A stretch of DNA of 64,000 bases. It comes from the human T2T-CHM13v2.0 reference genome, Homo sapiens. The translations under genes and the position numbers were made by a program. The DNA lies in assembly GCF_009914755.1 (NCBI RefSeq), contig NC_060929.1. One strand, given 5' to 3'. Shown here piece after piece: positions 12,316-25,509 of this stretch (position 1 is the first letter of the stretch; every line of letters starts with the position of its first letter). The notes beneath the pieces are model-generated. The model made no database searches, was not told where the DNA came from, and worked only from the letters and a program-made list of their open reading frames with translations.

Positions 12316-14375
12316 GCCATACTACTGGAAGTGCTAGCCAGAGCACTAGGGCAAGAAAAAGAAATAAAAGACATCCAAATAGGAAAAGAGGGCAAACTAT
12401 CTCTCTTCATGGATAATATGATTCTGTACGTTGAAAACCCTAAAGACCCCACTAAAGGGCTCTTAGAACTGAAAATGACCTCATCAAAGCTTCAGGATAC
12501 AAAATCAATGTACCAAAATTAGCATTTCTATATACCAACAACATTCAAGTTGAGAGTCAAATCAAGAACACGATCCCACTTATAATAGTCAGAAAAATAC
12601 AATATGATAGAATATAATACCTCAGAATACGTCTAACCAAGGAGGTGAAAGACCTCTTCAAGGAGAACTATAATATACTGCTAAAATAAATCAGATATGA
12701 CACATGCAAATAGAAAAATTTTTCATACTCATGGATTGGAAGAATCAATATTGTTAAAATGGACATACTGCCCAAAGCAATCTATAAATCCAATGCTATT
12801 TCTATCAAACTACGAATGTCAATATCATTTTTCACAGAACTATAAAAAACTATTCTAAAATTCTTATGGAACCAAAAAAGAGCCTGAATAACCAAAGCAA
12901 TCCTAAGCAAAAAGAAAAAAGTTAGAGGCATCATATTGCCTAACTTCAAACTATACTACAAGGCTACAGTAACCAAAACAGCATGGTAATAGTACAAAAC
13001 TAGACCAATGGAACAGACTAGAGAATCCAGAAATAAAGCTGCATACTTACAGCCATCTAATCTTTGACAACATTGATAAAAATAAGCAATGGAGAAAGGA
13101 CTCCCCATTCAATAAATGGTCTGCGATAACTGATTAGCCAGCCATATTCAGAAGAATGCAACTGGATTCCTATATTTCACCATATACAAAAATTGACTCA
13201 AGATGGATTATGGATTTAAATGTAAGACCTCAAAATATAAGAATCTTAGAGTAAAACCTAGGAAACACCATTCTGGACATGGACCTTGGTAAAGAATTTA
13301 TGACTAAGTCAGCAAAAGCAATTGAAACAGAAACAAATATTGACAAGTGGGACCTAATTAAACTGAAGAACTTCTGCACAGCAAAAGAAGCTATCAATAG
13401 AATACACAGACAACCTATAAAATGGAGAAAATATTCACTAACTATGCATTCAACAAAGGCCTAATGTCCAGAATGTATAAAAAAAATGAATAACTGAACA
13501 AGCAAAAAAATCAAATAATTTTATTTAAACATGGACAAAAGACATAAAGAGACTGTTCTCAAAAGAAGACATACAAGCAGCCAACAAGTATATGAAAAAA
13601 TGCTCATCATCACCAATCATCAGAGAAATGCAAATCAAAACCATAATGAAATACCATTTCACACCAGTCAGAAAGGCTATTAAAAAGTCAAAAAACAACA
13701 GATGTTGACACAGCTGTGGAGAAAAGGGAAGGCTTATACTCTGTTAATGGGAATGTAAATTAGTTCAGCCACTGTGAAAAGCAGTTTGGAGATTTCTCAA
13801 AAACTTAAAACAGAACTACCATTCAACCTAGCAATCCCATTACTGAATACACATTCAAAAGAAAACAAATTGTTCTACCCAAAAGACACATACTCTAGCA
13901 TGTTCATTGCAGCACTATTCACAATTAGCAAAGACATGGAATCAACCTGAATGCCCATCAACAGTAGACTAAAGAAAACATGCTATATATACATCAGGGT
14001 ATACTACACAGTCATAAAATGGAATTAACTCATGTCCTTTGCAGCAATATGGATGCAGCTGGAGGCCATCATCCTGTGAATCAATGCAGACACAGAAAAT
14101 CAAATACTGCATGTTTTCACTTATAAGTGGGAACTAAATGTTGGGTACTCAAGGACAGAAAGATAGCATCAGTAGATACTGAGAACTACTGGAAGAGGAG
14201 GGGAAAGGGGAGAAAGGGTTGAAAAACTGTTGGTTATTATACTCTGTAGATGGGTGATAAAATCATTCCTTCCTAAAACCTCAGCATCATGCAATATACC
14301 CAGGTAACAAACCCGCACTTGCACCCACTGAATCTAAAAGAAAAGATGGAAAATAAAAAAGTAAATGAATAAATA
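12316..14375 (+). mobile_element. 5'-truncated L1 (L1PA16/L1PREC2-like), RT region to poly-A
   Basis: Peptides [19 protein letters not shown] and [16 protein letters not shown]; 3'UTR aacctcagcatcatgcaatatacc; A-rich tail. Confidence 0.93.
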
Positions 14376-14734
14376 ACAGAAAACAGAAAACAATAATGGT
14401 TAAAGATTTTAGTAACATTTCCTCCACGTATTTAGTTTTGTTGTGTACACTTGCTTTTTGAATCAGGTAGTAAATGAAGGAAAACATACATTTATACTGC
14501 CCCTGTATAATTGTATAATTTACCTTTCCTAATCCTGTTTGTTTTCTTGAATACATTCAAATTTCCATTTGGGTTTACTTGCTTCTGTCTGATGAGTCTC
14601 CTTCAATATTTCTGGTAAGACAGGTCTTCTAGCAGCAAATTCTCTCATTTCTTGCTTATCTGGAAAGGTCTTTATTTTGCCTTCATTTTTGAAAACTTGC
14701 TTTACTGGATATAAGAATTTTGGGTCACATATCT

Positions 14735-14744
14735 GTTTTTGTTT

Positions 14745-14777
<33 letters not shown>
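14735..14777. repeat. (TTG)n microsatellite
   Basis: About 10 TTG units preceded by gttttt units. Confidence 0.95.
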
Positions 14778-15344
14778 CAGCACTTTGAATGTGTCATCCC
14801 ACTGTCTTCTGGCCTTTATGGTTTCCAATGTTAAATCAGCTGCTGATCTTTTTGGGCCCCTCTTACATGTGACAAGGCATCTTCTCTTGCTGTGTTCAAT
14901 ACTTACTTTTTATTATTGGCTTTCAGGATTTTTAGTGTGCTGCGTCTGGGTGTGGATCTCTTTGTATTTATCCTACTTGGAGCTTATAGAGTTTCTTAAA
15001 TGTTTAGATTACTGCTTCTCAACAAATTTCAGACGTTTTCAGCTTTATTTCTTTAATATATTTTTCTGCTCCTTTCTCTTTGTCTCACTCTTGGTACTAC
15101 CATTACACAAATGTTGGTGAGCTTAAAGATACTGTATATTTCTCTGAGGTTCTTTTATTTTTCTTCATTCTATTTTCTTCGTAGAAATTTATGAAAACAT
15201 AATTTCATAAAAATATAATTTATGTTTTCTTCATAGAGAAAACAGAATGAAGATCTTATGAAGATTCTTGCATAATCTCCATCAATCTATTTCAAAGTTT
15301 ACAGACATTTTATTCTGTCAATTAAAGCCTCCTTTTGAGTTTTC

Positions 15345-15420
15345 ATATATATATGTATATACTTGTATATATATGTATATAAATGTATATGTGTATATAT
15401 ACCATTTTTATATATGTTCA
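15345..15420. repeat. TA/TG-rich low-complexity repeat
   Basis: atatatatgtatat repeats read directly. Confidence 0.85.
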
Positions 15421-18081
15421 TATTCATTTTGACTGCTTTAATTTTCAACACCAGAGTTTCCATTTGGTTCTTTTATAAATATAACTTATATTTCTTATTT
15501 AATATTCTCTATCTGATAAAACATTGTCTTCATACCTTCTTTTATTTATTTAAGCATGTTTTCTTTTTAACTTTTTTGGAACATATTATTATCAGCTACT
15601 TGGAAGTCTTTGACTGTTGAATATGATACTTTGTTTCTTTTATAGACAGTTCATGTTGTCTGTCTTTTTTTCCTCCTGTGTATGGGTTACACATTTCCGT
15701 TTCTTTTTATGTCTCATTGATTTTTTGACAACTAGGAATTGTTTGTAATATACTGCATAATAATATCCCCCTTTCAAGGTTTGTTTTTGCTCTCTCTTCA
15801 CGTGTTTTGTGACTTGACTAGGCTATTTTAGTGACATTTATTTTCCTTCCAGTGTGAAGACTTACTGTTGCTTCTTAACAGCAGGCAGCCATTGGCATGT
15901 GCACAGTCACTCTGGGATGCTGGGATGACAGTGGTTTTAGCAGGGCCCTTTTCAACTGTCTCTCAGATCTCTGTCTTAAGATGGATGCTTCATTTTGTTA
16001 TATACTGACCCATTAGGCCATGTTAATTATGAGTTGGCTGCTTTATTGGTTTTGATAATGCCTTGAGGCATAAATAGCCCAGCAGTCGAATCTAATAAAA
16101 TCTGGACAGGGATAATTTATGAAGACAGTATTTGAGGTTTGTTCTGACCACAGAATAGCAGAATGGCTTTTTTTTTTTTTCTATCTCTTTCAATGATTCT
16201 CTCTGCTGAGGTAGGTAGCCTATTGTAAACCTTATTGCTGTTAATTAAGAGGAGCTGTTGTCTCTGAGAGTGCTCATAGGGTTTTCATTTCTTCACTCTG
16301 TTTCAAGTATTGTCAGTTCATTTGGTAAGAGCTTTGCAGTCTTTTGTTTTATGAACTGACTGTACTCATGAGCAAACTTTCAGAGACACTACTCTGGGTG
16401 CTGGGAGGACAGGAATCTCTGGTGTTCTTGGCTTGCCTTTCCTTGCATGAAAACTCTACCTAAGATTAAGCTGGAGGAAGTGTGGTTGGGGCCCCAATAT
16501 TCTCATCCTTCCATGGCCAAGGTGGAACCACTGTCCTAAAAGTAGGGGTGTGGGGAGAAAGAGAGCCCTTAACTTCTTAGTTACACTCCGCATATATTTA
16601 CCTTCTTTCTTCAACTCAAAGGTGCAGAAGAGAGAAGGGCTGGCAGCCTAACTCTCAATATGAGATATGGAAAGTCTTGATTGGGAATTGACAGGAGACA
16701 AAACCCCATCTTCTTGATACATGTTTCCCTACACTCATGTGGACTAGCACTTCCATCAGACTTAGCTGGGTTGGGGAAGTAGTAAGTAGGTCAGGGCTCG
16801 AATGCCACAAATTCTTGCTGTTCTTATTGAGTTTTAGATTTTCTTAAATAAGTATTTCTTTAATTCTGTATGTTCTTAGTACAATTTCCAGAGATTTTTT
16901 ATATTGTTCTGTTGCTGCCATTGTTGTTTTGAATTTTCATCTGCATTGCTTGTTTTGCTGGGGAATGGGTACGTGGAACTCACCACATTGCCATTTTTGA
17001 ACTCAGCTATATATTTTTGGTTTTTTTTTTCTTTTTAAATTGAGTATAGTATTTACATGTATGTAGAGCTGGAGGCTGGAACCTTCACATATTAGACCAG
17101 AAGAAGCTTAAAGAGTTTTAAACCTCAGACTTAGTTCTCACAGGCACTTGATGTTGCAATATGCATATATAAATCATTTTTGACAAGAGATGATATTAAG
17201 ACAAAATAAGCACTACCTGCCAAAGGTTAATAGAGCTAGTTGTTATTAGAGTTAGGCCTACATCCCAGCAATTTTGACTCCTGGTAAAGCCACTGTTCAT
17301 CTCTCTCTCTTTCTCTCTCTCTCACGCTCTATCTCCCTCTCTTATGGGTAAAAATAGAGATACATTTAGTTTGTGACATTGTATTAGTCTAATTAACATA
17401 TATATTTCTCAAAAAGAAACAGCAAATCAAACTCATCAGCTAATACATAAGCAAGGATTATCTAACAGGAAGACACTTTGTGAAAGTATATAAAAAAAAA
17501 AGCAACTAAGATCAACTGCCCACAAAAGAGAAAGGAGGTTTTTGCTTCAACAAAAGCATGATGCACAGGGTGAAAGATTGGATATGGGAAGTAAGAATGG
17601 ATGAAATAATTAATAAAGATTATGAATGTCACATTGGATGACCAGTAAAATTGCAATGACAGTGATAGAAATTGAGTTTTCAGGAGGCAATAAAGGTTAA
17701 AACAAAGGTGGTGGGTTTGGTACTAGAATTCTGCTTGATTATGAAGATTTAGGAAATTACCGCATACATACACACATATACAGTTATGCTCATTTCATAT
17801 ATTTCCCTCAATAATTCATATATAATTCATTTTCAAAATAAATTATGTTTTATCCATGTATGTATGTGTGCACACATGTGTTTCTATGTGTGCTTGAATA
17901 TGGATATACATTGTGCCTCTGTATAAATGTGTTGTGTGTATGTGTGTATTTGTGTAAATCTATATTATTATCCTGGAACAATAATGTGGTATTCCTCTAT
18001 GGGATCCGGATTTGGATGCAGCTGAAATAAAATTCTGGATCCCTTGGCAAGCAAATGTGAATAAGTTATTTGAATTTATTT

Positions 18082-18373
18082 GGCTGGGTGCAGTGGCTCA
18101 TGCCTGTAATTCCAGCATTTTGATAAGTCAAAGTGGGCGGATCACTTGAGGCCAGGGGTTCAAGACTAGCCTAGCCAACATGGCAAAACTCCATCTCTAC
18201 TAAAAAATATAAAGTTAGCCAGGTGTGGTGGTGCGTGCCTGTAGTCCCAGCTACTCAGGAGACTGAAGCACAAGAATCACCTGCTAGAACCTAGGAGGCG
18301 GAAGTTGCAGTGAGCTGAGATCCTGCCACTGCCCTTCATTCTGGGTGACAGAGCGAGACTTGGTCTCAAAAAA
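18082..18373 (+). mobile_element. Alu (J or early S)
   Basis: Full dimer ggctgggtgcagtggctca...gagcgagact with (AT)n tail. Confidence 0.95.
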
Positions 18374-18703
18374 TATATATATGTATCTGCAGATGCCTTA
18401 TACCAAATAGACTTACTTGTGAATAGTGCATATCAAACAAACACTTAGTGCAATTCATGACACAAAAGTGTTCAATACATATTAGTTTTTAGCTATATGA
18501 TATAGTAAAAATAGTTAAGGTAAGGAATATGATGTCAATATATTTAAAATTACTGAACTAGCATAAAATATATCTTCATTGTTGAATGAGAATGGTTTAT
18601 TTTTCATTTCCCTTTATTATCTATGAAAAAAGGAAAATAATCTTTATTACTTGACTTCTTATACATATATTTTAGAAATATTTATTTAAATTTATGCAGA
18701 AAG

Positions 18704-19003
<300 letters not shown>

Positions 19004-21009
19004 TAAATGTATGCAGAAAGAAATATCAGAGAATATTGAGTCAACTTAATGGTATTTACAACCCTTGGATGTGAAAGTAATTGGGCATATTTAAATAGAT
19101 CCAAGTCATTTTCCTACTTGGTACCAGGCTCTTAAGTGTACATCTGTAGCCAGTGTTCCCAAAACTATGGTTCCCTAAATTCACAATGGGCCTTTCATGT
19201 GAAAGACTACAAAATTCTTAAGATTATCACTCCTGACAGTAGTAGTTTTTAAACATTTTAAGCTATGATATTATTTGAATCCTGAAGGTGTTTGTATACA
19301 ATGGTAGCATTTCATGTAAATATACAATGATTATCTGGATATCTGTGGAAAATCTTTGTATTTTTTATGTCCAGACCTGTGTAGTTGTAAATTAATTGAA
19401 TAATAAAATAATGCTGGTAAAGTTCTATTTAAAGTATTGGCTAGCAGGTACTGTTTTTTTATAATCAAGAGGGCTCAGATGACATTGATACACATGCTCA
19501 AATAGTTAGTTGCATGTGGTAGATTTAGATCTTATGATTACATTTCAAGGTTAGATATATAAAAACCCTACATTTGAAGGAAGTCTGGTTTAACTATGGT
19601 ATTGAAGTTTGTCAGCTTTCTAAAGGACAATTTTCATCCTATTGGCTTATCTTTTGCCTTTTTTAAATAAAGGAGGCCAGAGTAACAGATATTATTTTTT
19701 TTGCATGGTTACATGAATATTACAGATTCATTATTTGTGTATTTATTGTTTTTTCCTCAATCTTTAAAAGATTGAAGGCAAACTTACAGACTTGTTTTGA
19801 TCATCAGTTATCCTCATACAACAGATAGCTGAACCATTCATTAGGCCATTCATTAGCTCTTGTATATAACACAAGAGCCGTTTTATTCTGAGACTCGTAC
19901 GGTCATAGGCAAAACAATATAATTTTAAATTATAAAATGTTTCTCATCTCTCATCCAATTAACCTCATGTCACTGAAAACACAAAAGAATAATCATGGTG
20001 ACTTGGGGATAATTAACTACGTTTTTGTTTGTTTATGCTCTTTTTAAAACAGTTCAGATTAAAGTGATTCTATGAAATTTCTCCTAAAAGTGAACATTTA
20101 GTATAAACTGAAACTCAATCTGGGGTTTTGGATGATGATTAATCTTAGATTCTTCTCTCTTCTCAAATGTATGCTATTAATAGCTTAATCAAGCATTTAT
20201 CGGTATCATGGAATTAGATATAAATTTTTCTTCAATGATTAAAAGTAATTTTATTACTTCATTTTCACATTAAGTGTAATTTTTGCAGTAGTTTTTCAAG
20301 CTCTGTTAATAACATTTAATATAGCGCCCCTAGAGACAGAAAGAGGCTGCTGCCATCTTCGGAAGTCAGAACTTCTCCCTTCTTACATTTTACAGCCATT
20401 GGTATAACTCAACTACATAGAGAAATAAAGAATAAGGAAAATTAAATTTTCTTAAGATTGCATGTAAAAAAGAGTTCTTCAACTTACTATTTAATTGGCT
20501 AAAAACGCAAATGTCTACAGTTACTTGACAGGTTGTCTAAATAAACTGGCCTGCTGGAAATGGTGAACTAGAAGATGCTATCTCACTAAAGTGGCAGTAG
20601 GTCAGGTTCAAACTCACATCTCTAGCAAAAATGGAGTCCAGTATTAAAATAACTATAGATTGCTTAGAGGAATCCAAATATCTGGGTATGTGTGTACATG
20701 TATGTACGTTTGTGTGCGTTTGTGTGAGAATTCTCACAATTCACAAAGCATTGGCTTAAATTTTAAAAACACTTTACTACTTCCCTTTCTTCCTTCCCCC
20801 TCAAAAAAATCTATATTTGTTTCAGAGGCCACCATTTTGCAACCTGTATATATCATCATTATTATTGCAATGAGTATTAATATTATATTTTTTACCAATG
20901 TACCAATAATTTATTATAATCAAGGTTTATTTGGAAAATAATTCATAAAGTACTATACATTTATGATGGATTTATTAATAGTATTATTACAATGTTAACA
21001 GTCTACATA

Positions 21010-21260
21010 AATGTAGCTTGGTTTAATGGAAAGAGTAATCATTTTAGAAGTCAGTTCCAGTTTTAATACTCAGTTCTTCTACATATTGGCTACAGAAACT
21101 TAAGAAGTTTGATTGACTTTACCAAGCCTCAGATTCTCAATCTGTAAAATAATAATACTATTTACATTTCAGGATCATTGTGAAGAATAGAAATGATGCA
21201 GTAATAAAGCCTTCTCATAATGTTTGACTTAAAATGGAGACTGTATGGTACATCTATTCA
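21010..21260 (+). mobile_element. MIR SINE, near full length
   Basis: aagcctcagattctcaatctgtaaaataataatac core; ttgtgaagaatagaaatga. Confidence 0.75.
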
Positions 21261-21352
21261 ATGACACATTCCACAATCATTAAAATCATTTTTTAATGAA
21301 AGCTAGCAACTATCCTATTTTACTTAATACACACAAAAAAATCCTTAATCAT

Positions 21353-23785
21353 TGATATATTTTGGATATCCCAAATATCATGTTGAATTGCAACCTCCAG
21401 TTTTGAAAGTGAGGCCTGATGGGAGGGTATTGGGTCATGGAGGTGGATCCCTTATGGCTTGGTGGTGTTCTCATGATGGGAAGTTCTCGTGAGATCTGCT
21501 TACTTAAAAGTATGGCACATGCCCCCATCTTTTTTGTTCCTACTTCCACCAGGTGAGATATCTGCTCCCACTTCCTCTTCCACCATGATTTTAAGCTTCC
21601 TGAAGCCTCCATCAGAAGCCAAGCAGATGGTGGCACCATGCTTCCTACACAGCCTGCAGAACCATAAGCAAATTAAACCTTTTTCTTATAAATTACCCAC
21701 TCTTAAGGTGTTTCTTTATAGCAATGCAAAAAGAGCCTAACACAGAAAATTGGTACTTGCTGTAAAGATACCCAAAAAATGTTGAAGCAGCTTCGCAACT
21801 GGGTTAACAGGCAGGGATTGGAAGAGTTTAGAGGGTTCAGAAGAAGACAGGAAAAATTTGGAACTTCTTAGAGACTGGTGAAATGTTGTGATCAAAATGC
21901 TGGTTGTGATATAAACAATGAATGAGGTCTCAGATGAAAATGAGGAATGTATTAGGAGCTGGATCAAGGATAACCTTTGTTATGCCTTAGCAAAGGACCT
22001 AGTTGTATTGTGTCCTCACTCTTGGGACCTGTGAAAGTTTGAACGTGGTAGTGATGACCTTGGGTATTTGTTGGAAGAAATTTCTAAGCACCCAAGCATT
22101 CAAGGTGTGACCCCACTGCTTCTAAGAGCCTATGCTCTGATGCAGGCAAAGAAATGACATAAATCTGGAACTTATATTTTAAAGGGAAGCGAGTCTATTA
22201 ATTTGAAAAACTTGCAGGCTGGCCATGTGGTAGAAAAGAAAAGCCCATTTTCAGGGGAAGAAGTCAAGCAGGCCGTGGAGCCACCACTTGCGAGAAATTT
22301 GCATAACTAAAAAAAAAAAAAAAAAGCCAAGTGCTGATATCCAAGGCAATGGGAAACATGATTTGAAGGCTTTTGAGAAATCTTCTAGGCAACCCCTCCC
22401 ATCACAGGCCCTAGGAGGAAAGAATGGCTTTGTCTAGAAAGGTAAAATGGTTTCAGAAGTCAGGGCTCCACAGCCTCAGTATACTGCTCAGGACCCAGGA
22501 CATAAGACACAGCACGGGCTCAAGAGACTGCTCCCCACATCCAGGCAACTCCTGCATTAGCCTTGGTTCAGAGGACCCCAGGTACAGCTCAGGCTGCAGG
22601 TGGGGTGTAAGCCACTGTAAGCCTTGGCAGCTCCCATGTGGTATTAAGTCTGTGGGCACACAGAATGCAAGAGTAAAAGAGGCTTGGCAGCCTCCACCCA
22701 AATTTCAGAGGATGTGTGGAAAAGCGTAGGTGCCCAGGCAGAAGCCTGCTACAGGGGTGGAGCCCACACAGGGAAACCCTACTAGGGCAGTGCCAAGGGG
22801 AAATGTGGGGTTGGAGACCCAAGACAGAGTTCTCAGCGGGGCACTGCCTAGTGGAGCTGTGGGAAGGACTCCACCATCCTCCAGACCCCAGAATGTTAAA
22901 GCCACTGGAAGCTTGCACCCTGCACCTGGAAAATCTGCAAGCACTAAATTCCAACCTGTAAGAGCAGATGTGGGAGCTAAACCCTGCAGAACCACAGGGT
23001 CAGACCTGCCCAAAGCCTTGGGAACCCACCCCTTGAAACAGTGTGTCCGGGATGTGGGACATGGACCCAAAGGAGACTATTTTGGAGCTTTAGGATTTAA
23101 CAGCTGCCCTGCTGGGTTTCAGACTTGCATGGGGCCTGTAGCCCTTTCTTTTGACTGATTTATCTCTTTTGGAATGGGAATGTTTACCTAATGCCTATAT
23201 CCCCACCTGATCTTGTAAGTAAATGATTTGTTTTTGATTTTTCAGGCTCATAGGTAAAAGGAACTTGCATTGTCTCAAATGAGACTTTAGAATTTTAAGT
23301 TAATGCTGGAATAAGCTAATAATTTGGGGGATTATTGGAAAGAGATTCTTATATTTTGCAATGTGAGAAGGACAGAGATTTGAGGGGCCAGGGTTGGAAT
23401 TGTATAGTTTGGATGCCCCCTCCAAGCCTCATGTTGAATTGTAATCTCAGTGTTGGAGGTGGGGTACGGGACATGATTAGATCATGGGAGAGGATGTCTC
23501 ATGGCTTGGTGCTGCCCTAATGATAGTGAGTGAGTACCCGTGAGATATGGTTGTTTAAAACTAGGGCACCTCCCCTCCCATCTTTCTTGTTCCTGCCATG
23601 TGAGATGCCTGCTCTCTCTTTACCTTCTTCCATGATTGTAAGCTTCCGGAGGCTATCACCAAAAGCTGAGCACATGTTGGCACCATGCTTCCTGCACAGC
23701 CTGCAGAAATGTGAGCCAGTTAAACCCTTTCCTTATAAATTACACAATCTCAGGTATTTATAACAATGCAAGAATGGCCTAACAC
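21353..23785 (+). mobile_element. Complete MaLR element, MSTA-type: LTR 21353-21744, internal 21745-23400, LTR 23401-23785
   Basis: Two similar LTRs (catgttgaattg...cagcctgcagaa...cctaacac); internal region starts gaaaattggtac; purine tract before the 3' LTR; MaLR-internal-type peptides in the ORF track. Confidence 0.93.
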
Positions 23786-23854
23786 CATAATATTAGATAT
23801 TCTAAGTCCACAATAAAAAATAATAGGCCCAAGTTTTACACACACACATTCACC

Positions 23855-24245
23855 GTCCATCCTTCCATGCATGCATTCATCCATGCACCCATGTAATATT
23901 CATTCATTCCTTAACAAATATGTATTAATTGCAAACTGTATGCCAAGTACTGTGCTAGATAAAGCTGACTTAAGCACAGAAATACATGCTAGTCTCTATT
24001 TGCTGTAGAAATTTTGAGAAAACATGGTGACTGAGATAAAATAAGGAATGAGAAAGGAGTGGATGAGGGGTGCAATTTTGATTAGAGGAGATGACATCTA
24101 AACCAAAATATGAAAATGTAGAATTTTCCAGCAAAAGGAAGAGTTAAGGTAAGAGTGTCTTGATATATAAAGGTTCCAGGGGAGATGGAAGCTCCAGAGA
24201 TTAGTTCATTAGAGAAACAGAAGGAAGGCTGACAGGTATGTATTA
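23855..24245 (-). mobile_element. L2 3' end
   Basis: (CATT/CATC)n tail then aacaaatatgtatt...tatgccaagtactgtgctaga. Confidence 0.75.
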
Positions 24246-24894
24246 TGTGGCAGTTATAAATTATCTCAATAAACTTTCCTAGTGTGTCTGAAGCTGCCTC
24301 ACATATCTGAATCAACAATCCACTATCAGTAAAATTACCTGGACATACCTTGCTTTTATCTTTTCTATTTATTTCTTTCCTAATTTTCTAATTCCTTTTC
24401 TGAACATTTGTCATGAGGAAATAGACAACATTAAATTATTCCAGAACTAATATAATAACATTAGTATAGACAGTAATAATTATTTGGTAAATATGTGATT
24501 AAATGAAATAAACAGTAAAATTGGGACACAGACCAACTGTTAAAATGAGAGGAGTTAAGTAAAGGACTCTAAAGAAGAGAATAAAACGTAAGCATCAATG
24601 AAAATGAAACACTCTTCATGAATGCCTCAGGTTGAAACATTTCTAGACTAAGGCCATTATCAATAAGACTTGTATTTACCATAATAAACAATAATACACA
24701 TACTCTGCCTCATGTCAGGAGTAAGTGGTCTTCCTTCCTATGTCTCAATTCCATTTAATAATTTTTTTAAGGAAATGGAATCACTACTTTTAGTACCCAT
24801 AAGTAATAATGTTTTTAAATTGTGTGGTACAATAATTTAGTGTAAGTCAATCAGCACATACTCATATCCAAACATAATGCTAGCATTTTGTTTT

Positions 24895-25180
24895 ATTTCT
24901 TCATTCACAATTTCGGCACCTATGATGCACAAGACGATCTGCCTAGGATGACAATGTAAATACAAATAACATAAAATCCCTACTCAAAAGACTCCATAAG
25001 GAAGATCAGCAAGAATATTTATAATGAAGATGGAGAATTGGTATAGTAGAAATATGTCCTAAGTGTTCTAGAAGCTAAAAGCAGAAAGGATTAAACTATG
25101 GGGGAAGTCACAGATGGTTTCTCAAAAATAAAGAGCAACTTATTAGGGCCTTAAAAATGCATATGAGTTCATAAGGTGGT
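24895..25180 (-). mobile_element. L2 fragment
   Basis: ttcattcacaa...gcacctatgatgcacaaga...aaatccctactcaaaaga. Confidence 0.55.
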
Positions 25181-25509
25181 TGTGTCAATATAGTAGAGAG
25201 ATCTTTGGCTTTTGATATAGAAGTAGAGGACAAAACAATTGATTATATGTAAATACCAAAATATGATGTATCAATTACTGTGTGTTATTGGCATTCAAGA
25301 TGGACAGTCAACCATATGAACTATTGTTACTAAAGAAGGCTTTGAAGAGAAGAAAATTTAATCTGTGGCTTGGAAGAAATTCTAGGATATGAAGAACATA
25401 AAAAAGCCATTGAAGATTATATAACTTGTATAAAATGAAAGAAAGATTCAGTTATGTAACAGAGACTACTTTGGCCCACATGCTCCTTTTGTTTTTTCCC
25501 AATTCTACA

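Larger units (their letters stand above)
14421..17005 (-). mobile_element. L1M ORF1 plus 5'UTR relic
   Basis: ORF 14529-14828 encodes the ORF1p C-terminus (ARRQWDDTFKVLK...LYPVK...NEGKIKTFPDKQ); old L1M 5'-terminal motif near 16960-17004. Confidence 0.8.

Noticed and set aside
22424-23158. Dense ORF cluster, mirrored at 45901-47288
   Set aside because: MaLR internal sequence; fragmented, with no intact long ORF.
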